From Eledone cirrhosa (Eukaryota), in the NCBI GenBank assembly GCA_964016885.1, contig OZ024744.1, positions 67,332,001-67,396,000 on the forward strand: a stretch of DNA of 64,000 nucleotides. The letters are read 5' to 3'. The position numbers and the translations under genes are program-made. The notes beneath the pieces were generated by a model. That model was not told where the DNA came from. It saw only the letters and a program-made list of their open reading frames with translations, and searched no databases. Positions 13,359 to 26,500 of this stretch are shown piece by piece (the first letter of the stretch is position 1; each line of letters starts with the position of its first letter).

Positions 13359-13438
13359 AATATATACACATAAACATATTTCCATATCATACATAGATAT
13401 TTATTTTTACTCATGCAATTACGGGTGGCTGTGTATCT
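11995..13438 (-). mobile_element. Inverted 3' UTR/pLTR of the adjacent Penelope-like element
   Basis: 13353-13438 is the reverse complement of about 16303-16385. It contains a hammerhead variant at 12042-12173 and ends in (TA)n. Continuity across the internal microsatellite is inferred. Confidence 0.55.
12042..12173 (-). ncRNA. Type I hammerhead, U3-A8 variant with very long stem II
   Basis: TGCTT-TTGAAAA-cAGcTGGTGATA...TATCACCAtCTa-GAAAC-GATC-GTA-AAGCA. Confidence 0.65.
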
Positions 13439-13449
13439 GGCATAGTACC

Positions 13450-16137
13450 GCTATGGATTCAAAACATACAATAATACTCCTTATAATATTCAACTGGAAA
13501 ATTTTGAGAGCGCCCTACTGAATTTGATTAAAAACATAAAGTTCAGAAAACACAAATCAGAATTCCAAAAGAGATTGGACTCTACCCTTCTACAACTGAA
13601 AAATTCAAAAAAGGTCCATGTCCATTCTGACAAAACTGGTAACTTGTACCATATGGATATCGATAAATATAACCAATTCATATATAGAGAACTTAGAAAG
13701 AACTATAAGAAAGCAAATACCACCGCACTAACATCCTTGAACAACATATCATGTGATATAGTAAAAAAGATCCAGATTGAAGATAGGACTGAGCCTTTCA
13801 CGCCTAAAAGTCCGCACGTCAACCTGAAAGACCATAAATCTGACTTTAACTCGAACCCATCTATTAGACTGATATGCCCATCAAAATCTGATATCGGTAA
13901 TATCAGCAAAAAGATTATTGATCGTATCATTCCGCAAATTAGAAAATTTGTAACGCATCCACTATGGGATAACACTTCCCAAGTTATCGAATGGTTTACT
14001 AGCATTGAGAATAAAAACTCAGCTTCATTCATTCAATTCGACATCGATTCCTACTATTCTTCGATTTCTCCAATTCTTTTAAACAAAGCACTGATCTTTG
14101 CCAGAAATAGATCGGATTTATCTACTGAGGAAATCAACATCATAACTCACGCTAGAAAAACCTTTATAAACTTCCAAGATGAATATTGAACAAGAAACAC
14201 GTATAACAACTTATTCGATATTACGATGGGATCCATGGACTCTGCTCAAGTTACAAACCTCGTTGGACTATTTCTCCTCTATAACATTAATTACTCTTTT
14301 CCCCACCTCAAAGGTGGTTTTTATCGGGATGATTGTCTATTGTTATCTAACAATCTTAGCAATTTCAATATAGAGAAGAACAAAAAGCAAATTAGAAAAT
14401 TCCTCAAGGACTATTACAGCCTTAACATCACTTTTGAAAACACTTCAAAAGTAGCTAATTTCCGTGATGTTACCTTAGATCTCTCTACGAATACTTATCA
14501 ACCATACTACAAACCTAACCAGAATCTACATTATGTACATTCACGATATAACCACCCAGGCTCTATACTCAAGAACTTAGTATATAACATTTCTCTTAGA
14601 CTTTCTAAATTATCTTCCAATGAAGATATATTTTATAATAATGCACCCTTCTACAACGAATCTTTAACTAGAAGTGGATATAAAGAAAAAATCTCATATA
14701 TCCCCAACACTACTAAGGACCAAAACATAAAACCTAACAAAAACTACAAACACCAAAAAATACCATCGAAACAAATACCTAAAGTGGTTATTCCTATTAC
14801 ACCAATCAACCGAAAAACCACAACAACTATTACTACACGATCTATGACCAATGTTATCAACCCACACATGAATACCAAGCACTCAACATCTCATAATCTA
14901 CCCAAAAATAACACCAAATACAACCACGATGATTTACCAAATTCCACAAATAAGGACACTAACCATAGGAACTCTTCTAGAACACAACACAATAATATAA
15001 GGGATAATAAAAACTTAACTAAAAACCGCAAATGAAACATAACATGGTACAACGCACCCTTCAACCTGCAAACTATTGGACAAATCCCCCCAAAATTCTT
15101 TGAAATACTACATAAACATTTTCCACCAAACCACAGATACCACCAAATATTTAACAAATATACTGTTAAATTCTCATACTCTATATCAAACAATCTCAAA
15201 CAAAAAATAAGCAACTACAACATTTATAAATTTAAAAATAATATGACTACACCACCGTAACATAATTTAAATAGGACTGCACCTTTTAAAAAGACAAATA
15301 ATATAATCCTTCAACCTAGAAAACACAACCACCCAAATCACCAACACAAAAACAACAGAACACAAAATTACAATACAACTCTAGCACCAAACCACCCACA
15401 AAGCAACCTTCATTCTCCTGCTATCATTAATTACAATAGGAATTACAATAGGGCGGTGGATTGGTAGTATTGGTAGAGAGTCGGACGCCATGCTTTGACG
15501 CATAGAGTTACGGCCCTTGCTATTCTGAGTTCAAATCCCGCCGAGGTTAACTTTGCCTTTCATCCTTACGGGGTCGATAAAATAAAGTACCAGTAATACA
15601 CTGGGTAATTGCTGGCCTTGTGCCTAACGTAGAAACAATTAATTGCAATAGGAATAGCTCAAGGATAAATGAGAATAGAATAGGCACCCCCCAAAACTAT
15701 CTTACGTATGGCTGTAATTGTAGAAATAGAAGCATTTGCCCCTTAAATGGAAACTGTTTGATTAATAATGTAATATATAAATGCACTGTGTCTACTACAG
15801 ACTCCAACAAAACATATATAGGATCTACATCAAACACATTTAAGTAAAGATTTTACGCACACTTTAGTAGTTTCAACAATACTAAACTAGCTAACACCAC
15901 ATCTTTAGCTGAAGCGGTAAATAATTATAAAAAGAAAAAAATAAATTTTAAGTTATCGTGGAACACCATTCTACAAAAAAATCCATATCTTGGAAACAGG
16001 AGGGAATGCAGATTATGTTCAGGAGAGATCTTGGAAATTACTAAATCTAAGGACGATTTATTAAATAAAAGACAGGAATTGGTCATAGTCTGTAATAACC
16101 GCATACGAAAAACATTTAAATACTATAAACCCAATTA
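13450..16137 (+). pseudogene. Penelope-like (Naiad-type) RT + GIY-YIG ORF, 5'-truncated and decayed (copy P1)
   Basis: ORFs 13524-14189, 14226-15035 and 15620-15847 give SDKTGN, RLICPSKSDIG, FIQFDIDSYYSSI, MGSMDSAQV, FYRDD, NITWYNAPF and CNCRNRSICPLNGNC-NVIYKC..YIGST. There are in-frame stops and a SINE insertion. Confidence 0.92.
15453..15640 (+). mobile_element. SINE family S1 nested in P1
   Basis: S1 consensus with an apparent 12-bp TSD, aattacaatagg / aattgcaatagg. Confidence 0.9.
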
Positions 16138-16443
16138 AATACTATAAACCTAATTAAATATTCTAAATAGCAACTCACTATAATTCCGTATAGAATAACA
16201 TTTATTTGTACCTCTTTACCCTAATTACATGCTTTCATGCTTATTTTTGCCTTTTAATGTTTTAGCTTCCTTAGATTTATGCGTTAATGACTAAAGGCAA
16301 CAAGATACACAGCCAACCGTAATTGCATGAGTAAAAATAAACATCTATGTATATGGAAATATATTTATGTGTATATATTTGTGTATATATGTATATACAT
16401 ATATATAAATATATATATGTATGTATATATGTTTATGTATGTG

Positions 16444-16486
<43 letters not shown>

Positions 16487-16600
16487 ACATTTTTATTTTA
16501 TCATATAATATAACTTCAAACTAATTAATTAATTTATTTATTAAAATAACCAATACACACATAAATATATTTATCATTATCATATATTCACCTTATTATC

Positions 16601-16981
16601 CGGTGGATTGGCAGTGTTGGTAGAGGGTCGGACGCCATGCTCTGACGCATAGAGTTACGGCCCTTGCCATTCTGAGTTCAAATCCCGCCGAGGTTAACTT
16701 TGCCTTTCATCCCTACGGGGTCGATAAAATAAAGTACCAGTAATACACTGGGTAATTGCTGGCCTTGTTCCTAACGTAGAAACAATTATTATTATTTGGT
16801 GGATTGGCAGTGTCGGTAGAGGGTCGGACGCCACGCTTTCCAGCATAGTTACGTCCCTCTACGATCTGAGTTCAAATCCCGCCGAGGTTGACTTTGCCTT
16901 TCATCCTTACGGGGTCGATAAAATAAAGTACCAGTAATGCACTGGTTAATTGCTGGCCTTGTGCCTAAAGTAGAAACAATT
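16601..16981 (+). mobile_element. Two head-to-tail S1 SINEs (16601-16787, 16798-16981) separated by (ATT)n
   Basis: Two direct copies of the S1 consensus. Confidence 0.9.
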
Positions 16982-17897
16982 ATTTCTCCATATATTTCAA
17001 TAATTCTCAAAAACAATTCTCTATAATTTTAATGTTTAAATATTCTTCGAACATTTTTACTCCCTTTACATATTTATTTTTATTCTTCATTTTTCACATT
17101 TTATACCATTTTATATCACATTAGATATAATTTATTTATTTATCAATTATTTATATATTTTTTTATATATTTTTTCATTTATTTTTTATATATCTATTTT
17201 ATTTTTATTTACATTTATTCATTTATTTGTCCCTCTATTCTTCTTTCTATTCTACGTAATTTCTACTTATGTTTGTCTCTCCTCTATCTACCATCATTTT
17301 CTATATATCGTATTCTCTTTATATTTCTATCTATAATAATTTCTCCTTTTTCTTCTTCTTTCTTTTTTTCTTATTCTTTTTCCTTTTTAGTGAATTGGTC
17401 ACAGGGTTATTTACTTTGGTAAACGCCAGTGCAGGCCAACCACTAAATTCGATACAGATGTAATAAGGTTAACAAACTCGCTCGTGAGTGAACTGTCCGA
17501 GAGCCGGTCGCCAAATAAGCTAAGATGTCTCTTTTCTCCCTCCTTTATAATCCCTAGACCGGAAGTTCAAGGAATCTTCTAGAATTCAACGGGAAGTAAC
17601 TCCAATTAGTTTTTTCTCCCCGGGCAAGGTGGCGCTAGTCGCTACAAGGCTCCCCTCCAGACGATAGTTGATAATAACCGTAAGGTCATTGTAGCGAGGA
17701 GCCGTAGAATAAGGAGCAAGCAAAACAAAAGGTACATAAATTACAATGGTTTGTAACAGAAGCAAAGTATGAAAATAAACATGCAGAAAAATATAACTGG
17801 AACAATACAATTCAAAACAGTACAAGGGAGCAAGGAAAATAGTGCTCAAAAATAAGTTCAAAATTGTTCAAAGTCAAATAGTTAATGCTACTAGGGG

Positions 17898-20863
17898 TTA
17901 CACGAATATTGTTTTTGATAGTTTCCGTGGCCATATTACTGTCCTACCACTTCGTGTGACATATGGTCGTGTGGTATGTGGTGTTTGCGGTGGAGGTGAA
18001 GGTGTTTGTGTGGGAGTGTATGTGCGAGGTATGTCAGGCAATGATGTGAGACTTTCAGAGAAAGCCTTCTTTGCTCTGTCAACGGATATTACCTCTTTTC
18101 GACCATTGACAGCCACTGTAAAGTGTTTTGGTGTGTGCAAAAGCAAACGAAAAGGTCCATTGTAGGGTGACGTAAGAGGTCCCTTGACGGAATCATTCCA
18201 TATGAAAATGTATATCCACGTAGAGATGTCCGATTGGACAGCAGAAGAAATAGATTGGTCACGAGGGTTCATTGGTGGAAGATCCGAGAAATACGAACGA
18301 ATCCTGGTGATATATGATGCTGGGTCAAGATGTGATGAATCCACTGGTGCTAACATTTGTCCAGGAAGAGACAATGTGGTACCATAAAGAAGTTCAGCAG
18401 AAGAAAACCCTAAATCTGTCTTAACGGCTGAACGAAAACCAAGAAGAACGCTAGGCAAACATTTGGTCCAACGTTGCGGATCAGGAGTAACGCGAAGTGC
18501 AGCTTTCAACTGTCTATGAAACCTCTCGACCATTCCATTGTATGGTCGTATGAATGCGCTGAGCACCCAAGAGTCGTGATATTTCATGAAATAAGGAAGC
18601 TTCAAATTGGCGTCCACGATCCGTAGTTATTTTAGTAGGAACCCCAAAGCGAGCAATCCAATTGGAAATGAAAGGTGGGGCAACGGACTCTGTTGTTATG
18701 TCCACTAAGGGTATGGCTTCAGGCTACCGAGAGAAACGATCGATACAAGTATGTGAACCCACGATTAACGGGCCATGGACCAACAATATCCTTGTGAATA
18801 TGACGGAAACGTGCGTCTGGTGGGCTGAATTTTCCAAGAGGAGTGTGGACATGCCGATAAATCTTAGAGCGCTGACACATCAAACAAGAACGTCCCCAAC
18901 CGGTGATTAAACGACGCATATTAGGCCAGAAAAATCGAGTCGTAATAAGCTTCACCGTGGCAGCTATGCCGGGATGCGACAAGGAATGAAGTACATGGAA
19001 ATCTGAAACAAGTGGTCTGGGTGAGCCGGTAGAAATATCGCAGAGAATTTTTCCTTCAGAAGATGGAAGAGGTAAATATTCCAATTTGCAGCAGGAGAAC
19101 TGGTCAGAGGAAATGTCCAGCGAATCCAAAGTAGGTTGGTTAGTTGCAATGGCAACTAAATCGATATGTGCAGGAGACGCAAGAGAACACACAGAAAGCC
19201 GAGATAATGCGTCCGCGGGTATGTTGGCAGCTCCAGCTATATGACGAATGTCACTGGTGTACTGTGAGATGAGATCCAGATGTCTGTATGCCCTTGGAGA
19301 GTATCTGTCGGACTTGGTTTGAAGAGCGAATGTGAGTGGTTTATGGTCTGTGAATACCGTGAACTCCCGACCTTCAAGAAGATGGTGGAAGTGTCTCACA
19401 GCAAGATAAACTGCTAAAAGCTCTCTGTCAAAAGTACTGTAACGTTGCTCTGCTGGTTTTAGTTGGCGTGAGAAAAACGCCAGTGGTTAAACCTGGTGGT
19501 CGATCGCATGTTGCAAGACTGCTCCAACAGCATGAACGGATGCGTCATCAGATAAAGAAAGTCTCGCGTTTGCAACAGGATGGGCGAGTAAGGAAACTTC
19601 AGCTATCTCAGACTTGACGGATTCAAAAGACTGCAAAGCATCGGCAGAAAGTGAAATAGGAGCATCTTTCTTTTTCGCAGCCTTTAAAAACTGTGTCAAG
19701 GAGAACAACTTGTCCGCACAGTTAGGAATGAAGCGACAATAAAAGTTAATTAATCCCAAGAAATGACGTAATTGTTTCAGGGAGGTGGGTGGTGCGATAT
19801 GCTGAATCGCTTCTACCTTAGATGGCAAAGGTCGTATGCCTTCTGAATCTATAAGATGTTCAAGGAATTCCAGTGAATCTGTACCAAACACACTGGGTTG
19901 ATTCTGACTTGCTACGATTGGAGACGTTGAAATAACTGAGATAGATGTTGATGATGGTGCTCAGCTGAATCACTGGCTATCAGGAGATCATCAACGTAAG
20001 CAAACACGAAATCCAATCCACGCGTGACTTCATCGATAACACGCTGGAACGTACTAGAAGCATTCCGCAAACCAAAAGGCATGGAGAGGAATTCAAAGGG
20101 GGTGGTCACAGCTGTTTTTGATATATCCTCTGGATTCATGGGTATCTGGTGGTATTAGATCTATTTTGGAAATATCTTGCATCCATGCAGAACGGATGAA
20201 AAATCCTGTAAATTTGGTAGAGGATAACAGTCCGGCGTAGTGATGGCATTAAGTCGTCGATAATCTCCCACAGGCCTAAAATCCGCTTCACCCTTACGAG
20301 CCAAGTGAAGCGGAGATGCCCAAGGGCTGGTGGACGGTCTTATAAGATCGAGCTGGAGAATATGCTCGAACTCGTTTCGTACTTTTTTTAGTCTATCCGG
20401 AGCCAACCTTCGTGGACGAGAGAAAACAGGTGGACCAGTTGTTGTAACGAAGTGTTGAGTCGAGTGGGCTACCAGAGTAGGTTTAAATGAAATATCCGTT
20501 AACTCGGGAAACGAAGTAAGGAGTGCATGAAACTGGTTTCCAGCGGCAGCTACAAAAAATGACGGACTGACAGCAGTAGTGGTAGATTTACGAGTAGGCG
20601 TAGATAAGTTTCTGGTTTCTGACATCTACCAAAAGTGAAAAGTGCTGTAAGAAATCCGCACCGAGAATAGGATGAGGTAGGTCGGCAATGACAAAAATCC
20701 ATTTGAAATCTCGACTTAAAGCTAGGTCCAATGTTAAAGATATTTGTCCATAAGATTTTATAGGAGACTGGTTTACTGCATACAAAGAAATGCCGGAAAT
20801 AGTTGGCTTGGCAGAGTTGAACCGTAAGGGCCAAATACTGCAACTTGATCCTGTGTCGACCAT
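17898..20863 (-). pseudogene. pol: Gypsy pol (protease VDTGS, RT YVDD, RNase H, integrase with GPY/F region), frameshifted
   Basis: ORF fragments 20588-20863, 20161-20625, 19912-20139, 19487-19891, 18719-19399, 18514-18705 and 17898-18617. Confidence 0.93.
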
Positions 20864-20975
20864 GAATGATTTGTTTGAAACTCAGTCTCTAATAAAAATT
20901 AAAAAAAAAAAAAAAAAAAAGCACGATAAGTTGAATTAATGAGGGAGAGATCTGCCGTGCCCAGACTCTCCAATT

Positions 20976-21720
20976 TTAGTTTTCCGAGGTCTCGAAAGGG
21001 CAGGGCTGAATACAATGTTTCGCCTTTTCACGAAAACGCATGTGATACCAATACAAAGACGTGTTGTTGGCGGGAAGGTTGGCGCGACGGTGAAAGGAAG
21101 AAGACCGACTTCGTGAACGCCGTCTAAATGGCGTTCGATCCCTATATAGTTTAGCTAGTTGCCTAGTTAGCGCGTCAATGGCTCTCAACATTGAGTCCTC
21201 ACGAGGTGAAGCAGGCTGGATTTTGAAAGCAGAAGAGGCAATGACTGAATCAGCCGAGGTAGGTTCTCTAGAAAATTCAATAATTCTGTCCGCAGAGGCA
21301 GCAATTTGTTCTATCGAACTGGTGTCAACCGTATTCGCTAATATGGTTTTCACATTAGTTGGCAAATGGGAGAAGAATAACTTTTTTTACGAAGGAACTG
21401 TCTTCGGGTGCAGCATCACTGAGTTCACGGATACGCCGTAAAAACTCTGTAGGAGTTCTGTCCCCCAGATTTTCATCCTCTAATAAGGAACGAAATTTAC
21501 TCTCAGGTGACCTACAGTTCCTACGCAGTACCTCTGTCTTCAGAGACTCGTAGGAAACGCCTTGGGGAGGGTTCTTGATTATGTCTTTTACTGTAATCGC
21601 TAGTGAAGCTGGACTTCTGCTGATTAGCACGTTTAATTTTTGCTGTTTTTCCTGTACTCCATTGACCGAAAAATACGCATCAAGCTGGGCAGTTTGGCAT
21701 CGCCAGAATACGCTGGTAAC
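20976..21720 (-). pseudogene. gag: Gypsy gag, frameshifted
   Basis: LGDRTPTEFLRR, ASADRIIE, RRRSRSRSS and a YH..F...A..C..PC knuckle, typical of Mag-like gag. The start is approximate. Confidence 0.8.
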
Positions 21721-22246
21721 AATGTGTTGCTCATGATGAAATTTGGTCGAGAGAGATGATTTTCTTTTTCAAAACGTCGGTAGAAATTATTTGTTCAAAC
21801 GTCGTAGAAATTATATGTTCAAACGGGGTCACCACTTTAGTGAATTAGTCACAGGCTTATTTACTTTGGTAAACGCCACTGCAGGCCAACCACTAATTAA
21901 ATTCGATACATATATAATAAGGTTAACAAACTCTCTCGTGAGTGAACTGTCCGAGAGCCGGTCGCCAAATAAGCTAAGATGTCTCTTTTCTCCCTCCTTT
22001 ATAATCCCTAAACCGGAAGTTCAAGGAATCTTCTAGAATTCAACGGGAAGTAACTACAATTAGTTTTTTCTCTCCGGGCAAGGTGGCGCTAGTCGCTACA
22101 CCTTCTTCTTTCTCCTTTCTTTCCTTTCTTTACTGTATTTATCTCCCTTTCTTCCTCCTTTTCTCTCTATATCTTTATTATTAATATTATTAGTGATGAT
22201 GTAATTTGAATTTGTAAATTTGCCGGTTACATATATATATTTTTAA

Positions 22247-22356
22247 CAGTTTCCGAAGATCTGATAGAGCTAACATCGTATTTAAAATTGAGTGGCACTG
22301 CTTTTAGTGTTCAGCAATTTTTAGACAACTTTATCAGTGAAACAATTGTTAGACTG
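22247..22356 (+). ncRNA. Type I hammerhead, C4 variant with long stem II, in an orphan Penelope-like pLTR
   Basis: CAGTTT-CCGAAGA-tCTGATA...TATCAGt-GAAAC-AATT-GTT-AGACTG. The downstream gaccatgttattct is shared with the P2 pLTR. Confidence 0.65.
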
Positions 22357-22407
22357 CAAATAAATCCCCCTTTTTGTACTGTTGACCATGTTATTCTCCA
22401 CTTTTTC

Positions 22408-22471
<64 letters not shown>

Positions 22472-22760
22472 TGAACGCTCATGAAATTCACCCGGTTTAT
22501 GCTGACCGGATAACCATGTTGCTTGTTTTTTTTCCTATCTTCGGTTTGCCTTTATCCTTCTATGTTGTTTACTTGTCTCACTCGCTTTAGGCGACTCACT
22601 TGTCCCAATAGCTTTTTTTAGTTATTGCTCGCACCAACCTGAGGTTTATGATTTTTAATGCGATGAAATACCAATGATGGTTGGCAAATCACTGACGAGG
22701 GACAAATTTTATAATATGTAACCCATGTGCAACCACGCAGTATTCCTCTTTCTTCTCATG

Positions 22761-22826
<66 letters not shown>

Positions 22827-23024
22827 GTTAACAAGTTATCGTTATAGGTAATCCAGTTAGAGGTTGTGAGTACTCCGTATTGTGGATAGTTTTATCGTAC
22901 GGCGTTGTTTCACTCAACAAGAGGTAGTGAGTTCGCGAGAATTACTATGCAGCTTATTCTTGGAGTAATAATAGTGAAAGATTGAAGAATAACATGGTCG
23001 GCTGTACAAAAAGGTTTTCTTTCT

Positions 23025-23137
23025 AGTATTGACAATTGTTTCATTGATCAGGTGAGTCTAAAGGCCGCTAATCCCTCGAAGTTGCGTCACTCGACCTTAT
23101 ATACAGTATTTACCTCTGATCAAATCATCGGAATACT
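23025..23137 (-). ncRNA. Type I hammerhead, C4 variant with about 85-nt stem II domain (second copy at 26766-26878)
   Basis: AGTATT-CCGATGA-tTTGATCAG...CTGATCAAt-GAAAC-AATT-GTC-AATACT. Confidence 0.72.
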
Positions 23138-23464
23138 GGAGGTTTTACATATCGCATTGGTATTTATAGATACAACGGAGAATCAAGACAATAACATCAA
23201 TAATAAAAGATAATAATAAAGAAGTAAAGAAGTTAGAATGAAGATGATAAAGACGTAAAAACTAAGTAAAAAAATAATAAGTACAGAATACGATTGCTGA
23301 TGATAGTGGTGGTAGTCGGGGTGGGGTGGAGGAGGTGATTAAAGTTACAGTGGTGAGTAAGTGTATGTGTAAAGAGGTGGTGATGGTAGAGATAATACTA
23401 ACACGAAACGAAACATTAAATACATACATATTGTTCAAATCTCAGATGATTAGAGAAGAAAATA

Positions 23465-23848
23465 ATGATTTCATTTATTAGCCACAAGGGCCAACATGTA
23501 GGGGACAATACAAAGACAGGGACAGTGGGGGTTTACAATAAGGTCGAGTAAAAGTGCACAATGGCAAGACTAATTTAACAATGAAGATATAAAAATATAA
23601 AATAAACTATGCATAAATATAACAAAATAAATTCCCCTATGGGGGTGGACGACCCATGGGTGACTCAGGTACCCCACCAATCCTGAACCACCATGCGCTT
23701 CTAGGGCACCCAGGGAGAGCACCCCTCTCCTCAAGTTAGCTAGCCTATAGGCGCATGGTCAGAGTAAGCCCATTCACACGGGCCATTCTCGCCACATTCA
23801 TCCACCTTTTAGCAAATGTACTGGGGGGGGGGGGGCAGCACTTCTCTG
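23465..23848 (-). mobile_element. Tx1-type LINE 3' fragment nested in the P2 3' UTR
   Basis: Translates REVL..STFAKRWMNVARMARVNGLTLTMRL*, homologous to the ORF2 end at 52545-52641. Its 3' end cccttgtggctaataaa..attatt matches 52861-52890. Confidence 0.8.
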
Positions 23849-24159
23849 AAATAGTAACAAATGACAGATAAAAGATAATAAATTAAAAATTAAGTGAGAG
23901 GGGAAGAGATACAGGACAGGAGACAGAGAGTGGTGTGGCGATACGATATACGTGTGGTAAATGTCTGGCAAGCTGATTGTCTTATTTTAATGGGGGTGAT
24001 GTGGCTTTAGGGAGAGAGAGTGAAAGAAAAGTTAGGAGATTTATGATGTTGATTTAGTAACCAGTTGGTCAGTTGACAGCTAATAACTGTGGGGTGGTAT
24101 GTAGTCAGTACATTAAAATCCGGGTGGTTCTGCTTGAATTCTGAGATTGCTGGATCGAA

Positions 24160-26500
24160 TCATGTTGGTTTGAAATTTGCGAACTTGGTAGCTGCTTTGT
24201 GCCTACAGAAAATTGATCGTTCTATTTTGCTGTTAAGCAGCACTTTATCATACTTTAAAATATAAAACAGCTCCATATTGCAAAGTCCGCAGTGGGACAT
24301 TCCATTATTGTAGGCCCTTGCTCCCGATAATTTCGACCAGATAATCTCATATTCCTGGTTTGTGGCCTTAAGCTCCCAGATTTTATTGGCCAGCGTTGTT
24401 GAGTTCTATAGTCTACGGTTCTTGATAGAGTGTCTGTGGGCGTACCATCTTTTTTTTAATTCCCCAGTGGTAGAACTTATCTAGTGCCATGCTAAGTTGC
24501 CCGAATTGATAGTACGCAGGTACACTATACTTGATTCCAGGCATCTATTTTGTAGTGGGCACTTATCCGGCAGGTGGCTGTTACAGTTGGAGGCCTTCCT
24601 GTGTGCAGGTTCTCCGTTGCGGTTTTGTGTGTTGTTATGGATTGGCTGAGATTTAGGCTTATTGATGTGTTGTTGCGATGCGCCCTGACGTGTGTGTGGT
24701 TGTGATGTTGTTATGTGTTTGCGTTTTGTATTTGGTGCTATGGTGTATGTTGGTAGATTATAGTTGATTTTATGTTTGTGTGATTCTATGTTGGCTGCAG
24801 TAGAGTAAGAGAGTTTGATAGTTTTTCTGTTAAAGATTCTATGGTATTTGTGTAGTTTAGGGAAGCTTAAAGAATGTAGAAAGTAGTTTGGTTTTTATAG
24901 AGGAGTTGAAGATTGGATTGAACCATATGTATTTCCTATCTATGAATTTTTTATAGTTCCTAGGGACCCCTATATTAGTATTCGGTTCAGTTATTTCTGG
25001 TACTCGTTGTCTAATTATATGTTTAGTCCTATATTTGTTATTTCTATAGATGTGGGTAGTGTAGCTGTCGTTAGGTTTGTTGTTGCTGTCTCTATCTGGT
25101 ATGTATTTGAGCCCCTCCTTATGGCCTGCCTTATATAAAGCTATGTAATAGTAGTTTGCGTGTTCTTTAAAAATCTCTAGGTTAGAAGATAGGCGGGATA
25201 TTCTGAGAGATTTACTATGTGCTATGGAGTTAATTATGGATCGGGGGTGGTTTGAGTTATAACTAATGTAGGCAAGATTCTCGTTATTTTTATGGAAGGG
25301 CTCTATTAGTCCTGTGTTTAGGTTGAGTGTTACATCTAAGAAGTTTGCTTTATTAGAGTTAAGTTCGAAAGTGATACCTAGGCCTAGTTTGTTGAAGAAG
25401 ACTCTGATGTTTTTCCGTAATCTTTCCATGTTTTGATTATTTAAGTTTTTAGCTAAAAGGAGTGTGTCGTCTCTATAAATTCCTCCTTCGAGGTTATTAA
25501 ATTCCTTATGTAAGTTATGCGCTATATATATTCCAACTATGTCTGTTACCTGTGCTGAGTCGCTAGATCCCATTGTGATATCGAAGCTATTCTGTCTGTT
25601 TTTTCGTTCCCAGTAACTATTTTCGAATCTAATGATAGTTCTAGCAGTTAGTATTATTCTAATTTCATCAGAGATTAGGGCCGACTTTTTCTGGGCAAAG
25701 GCTAGTGTTTTATCTAGGGTGACTGGGGAGATGGATGAGTAGTAGTCGTTGATGTCAAACTTTACGAAGCTGGCTGTTTCCGTACTGACTATTTTGCTAA
25801 ACCAATCTATTGCCTCGTTAGTGTTACCCTATAGCTTAATTACTAGTTTGTCCTTGATTTTTGATATTACTCTATCTAGTATATACTTGCTAATTCTACC
25901 TATATCCGACTTCGATGGGCATATTAATCTAATTGTGGGGTCTGTTTCGAAATAATTTTTATGATCTTTTAGGTTAAACGTGGGGTTACAAGGGGTTAGA
26001 GGTTCGGTTCTATAAGATATTTTCAGTTTTTTTTACTATGCTAAGTCCTTCCTTATTAATGCTAGTGAGTGTAGATTCTGTAGTTGTCCTGTATTTGTTG
26101 TGTAGTTCACGGTGTATAAAGTTACTGTATGTGTTAAGGCTCATGGTATATACGTTTGATTTTTTGTCCGCTTTTACTATAATACCGTTGGTGTTGCGTA
26201 GTGGTGCATTGATGTCGTTTTGCAGTTTGTTGTAACCTGTACGTTTTTTTTAAATTTGGTTCCACTTATTATGTTCATGAGGTCGAGTTCAAAGGCATTA
26301 AGCTGGGGGTTATTCGGTGGATTTTTGCAGGATTTGAATCCGTATTTTTCCCTAGTAAATTCCTCTGTGTTTTTAGCGTGTCCTTTATCGGATTCGACGG
26401 ATGAAGTCATCAGTACGCTGTATCATGCCGAGTGTATAGTCCCTGTTTGTAGGTATAGGTATGTTTTTTTAAGGCCATACCTATGTGGTGCTTTTCCATG
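24160..26500 (-). pseudogene. Penelope-like RT + GIY-YIG ORF of P2, decayed
   Basis: KYGFKSCKNPP..LNAFELDL, MGSSDSAQVTDIVG, IYRDD, YIWFNPIF, CNSHLPDKCPLQNRC..IVY, LKKRWYAH and CRHK, with multiple stops and frameshifts. Boundaries are approximate. Confidence 0.9.

Larger units (their letters stand above)
17386..22100 (-). mobile_element. Full-length decayed Ty3/Gypsy (Mag-like) LTR retrotransposon
   Basis: LTRs at 17386-17646 and 21836-22100. 4-bp TSD CCTT (17382-17385, 22101-22104). PBS TGGTGACCCCG at 21824-21834. Purine tract GGAGGGGGAG just inside the 3' LTR. Domain order gag-PR-RT-RH-IN. Confidence 0.95.

Noticed and set aside
14187-15035. In-frame TGA codons in P1 as selenocysteine recoding (reported for some Naiad elements)
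   Set aside because: TGA 14187 aligns with Trp (EYWTR in P3) and TGA 15033 with a basic residue position (likely CGA>TGA). The Cys-cluster codons are ordinary TGY, and TAA stops are also present, so this is decay.
22692-22742. CTGACGA hammerhead core; also CTGAAGA at 31033 and minus-strand CTGATGA near 11392 and 37315
   Set aside because: No correctly placed GAAA/stem III, so at best truncated remnants.
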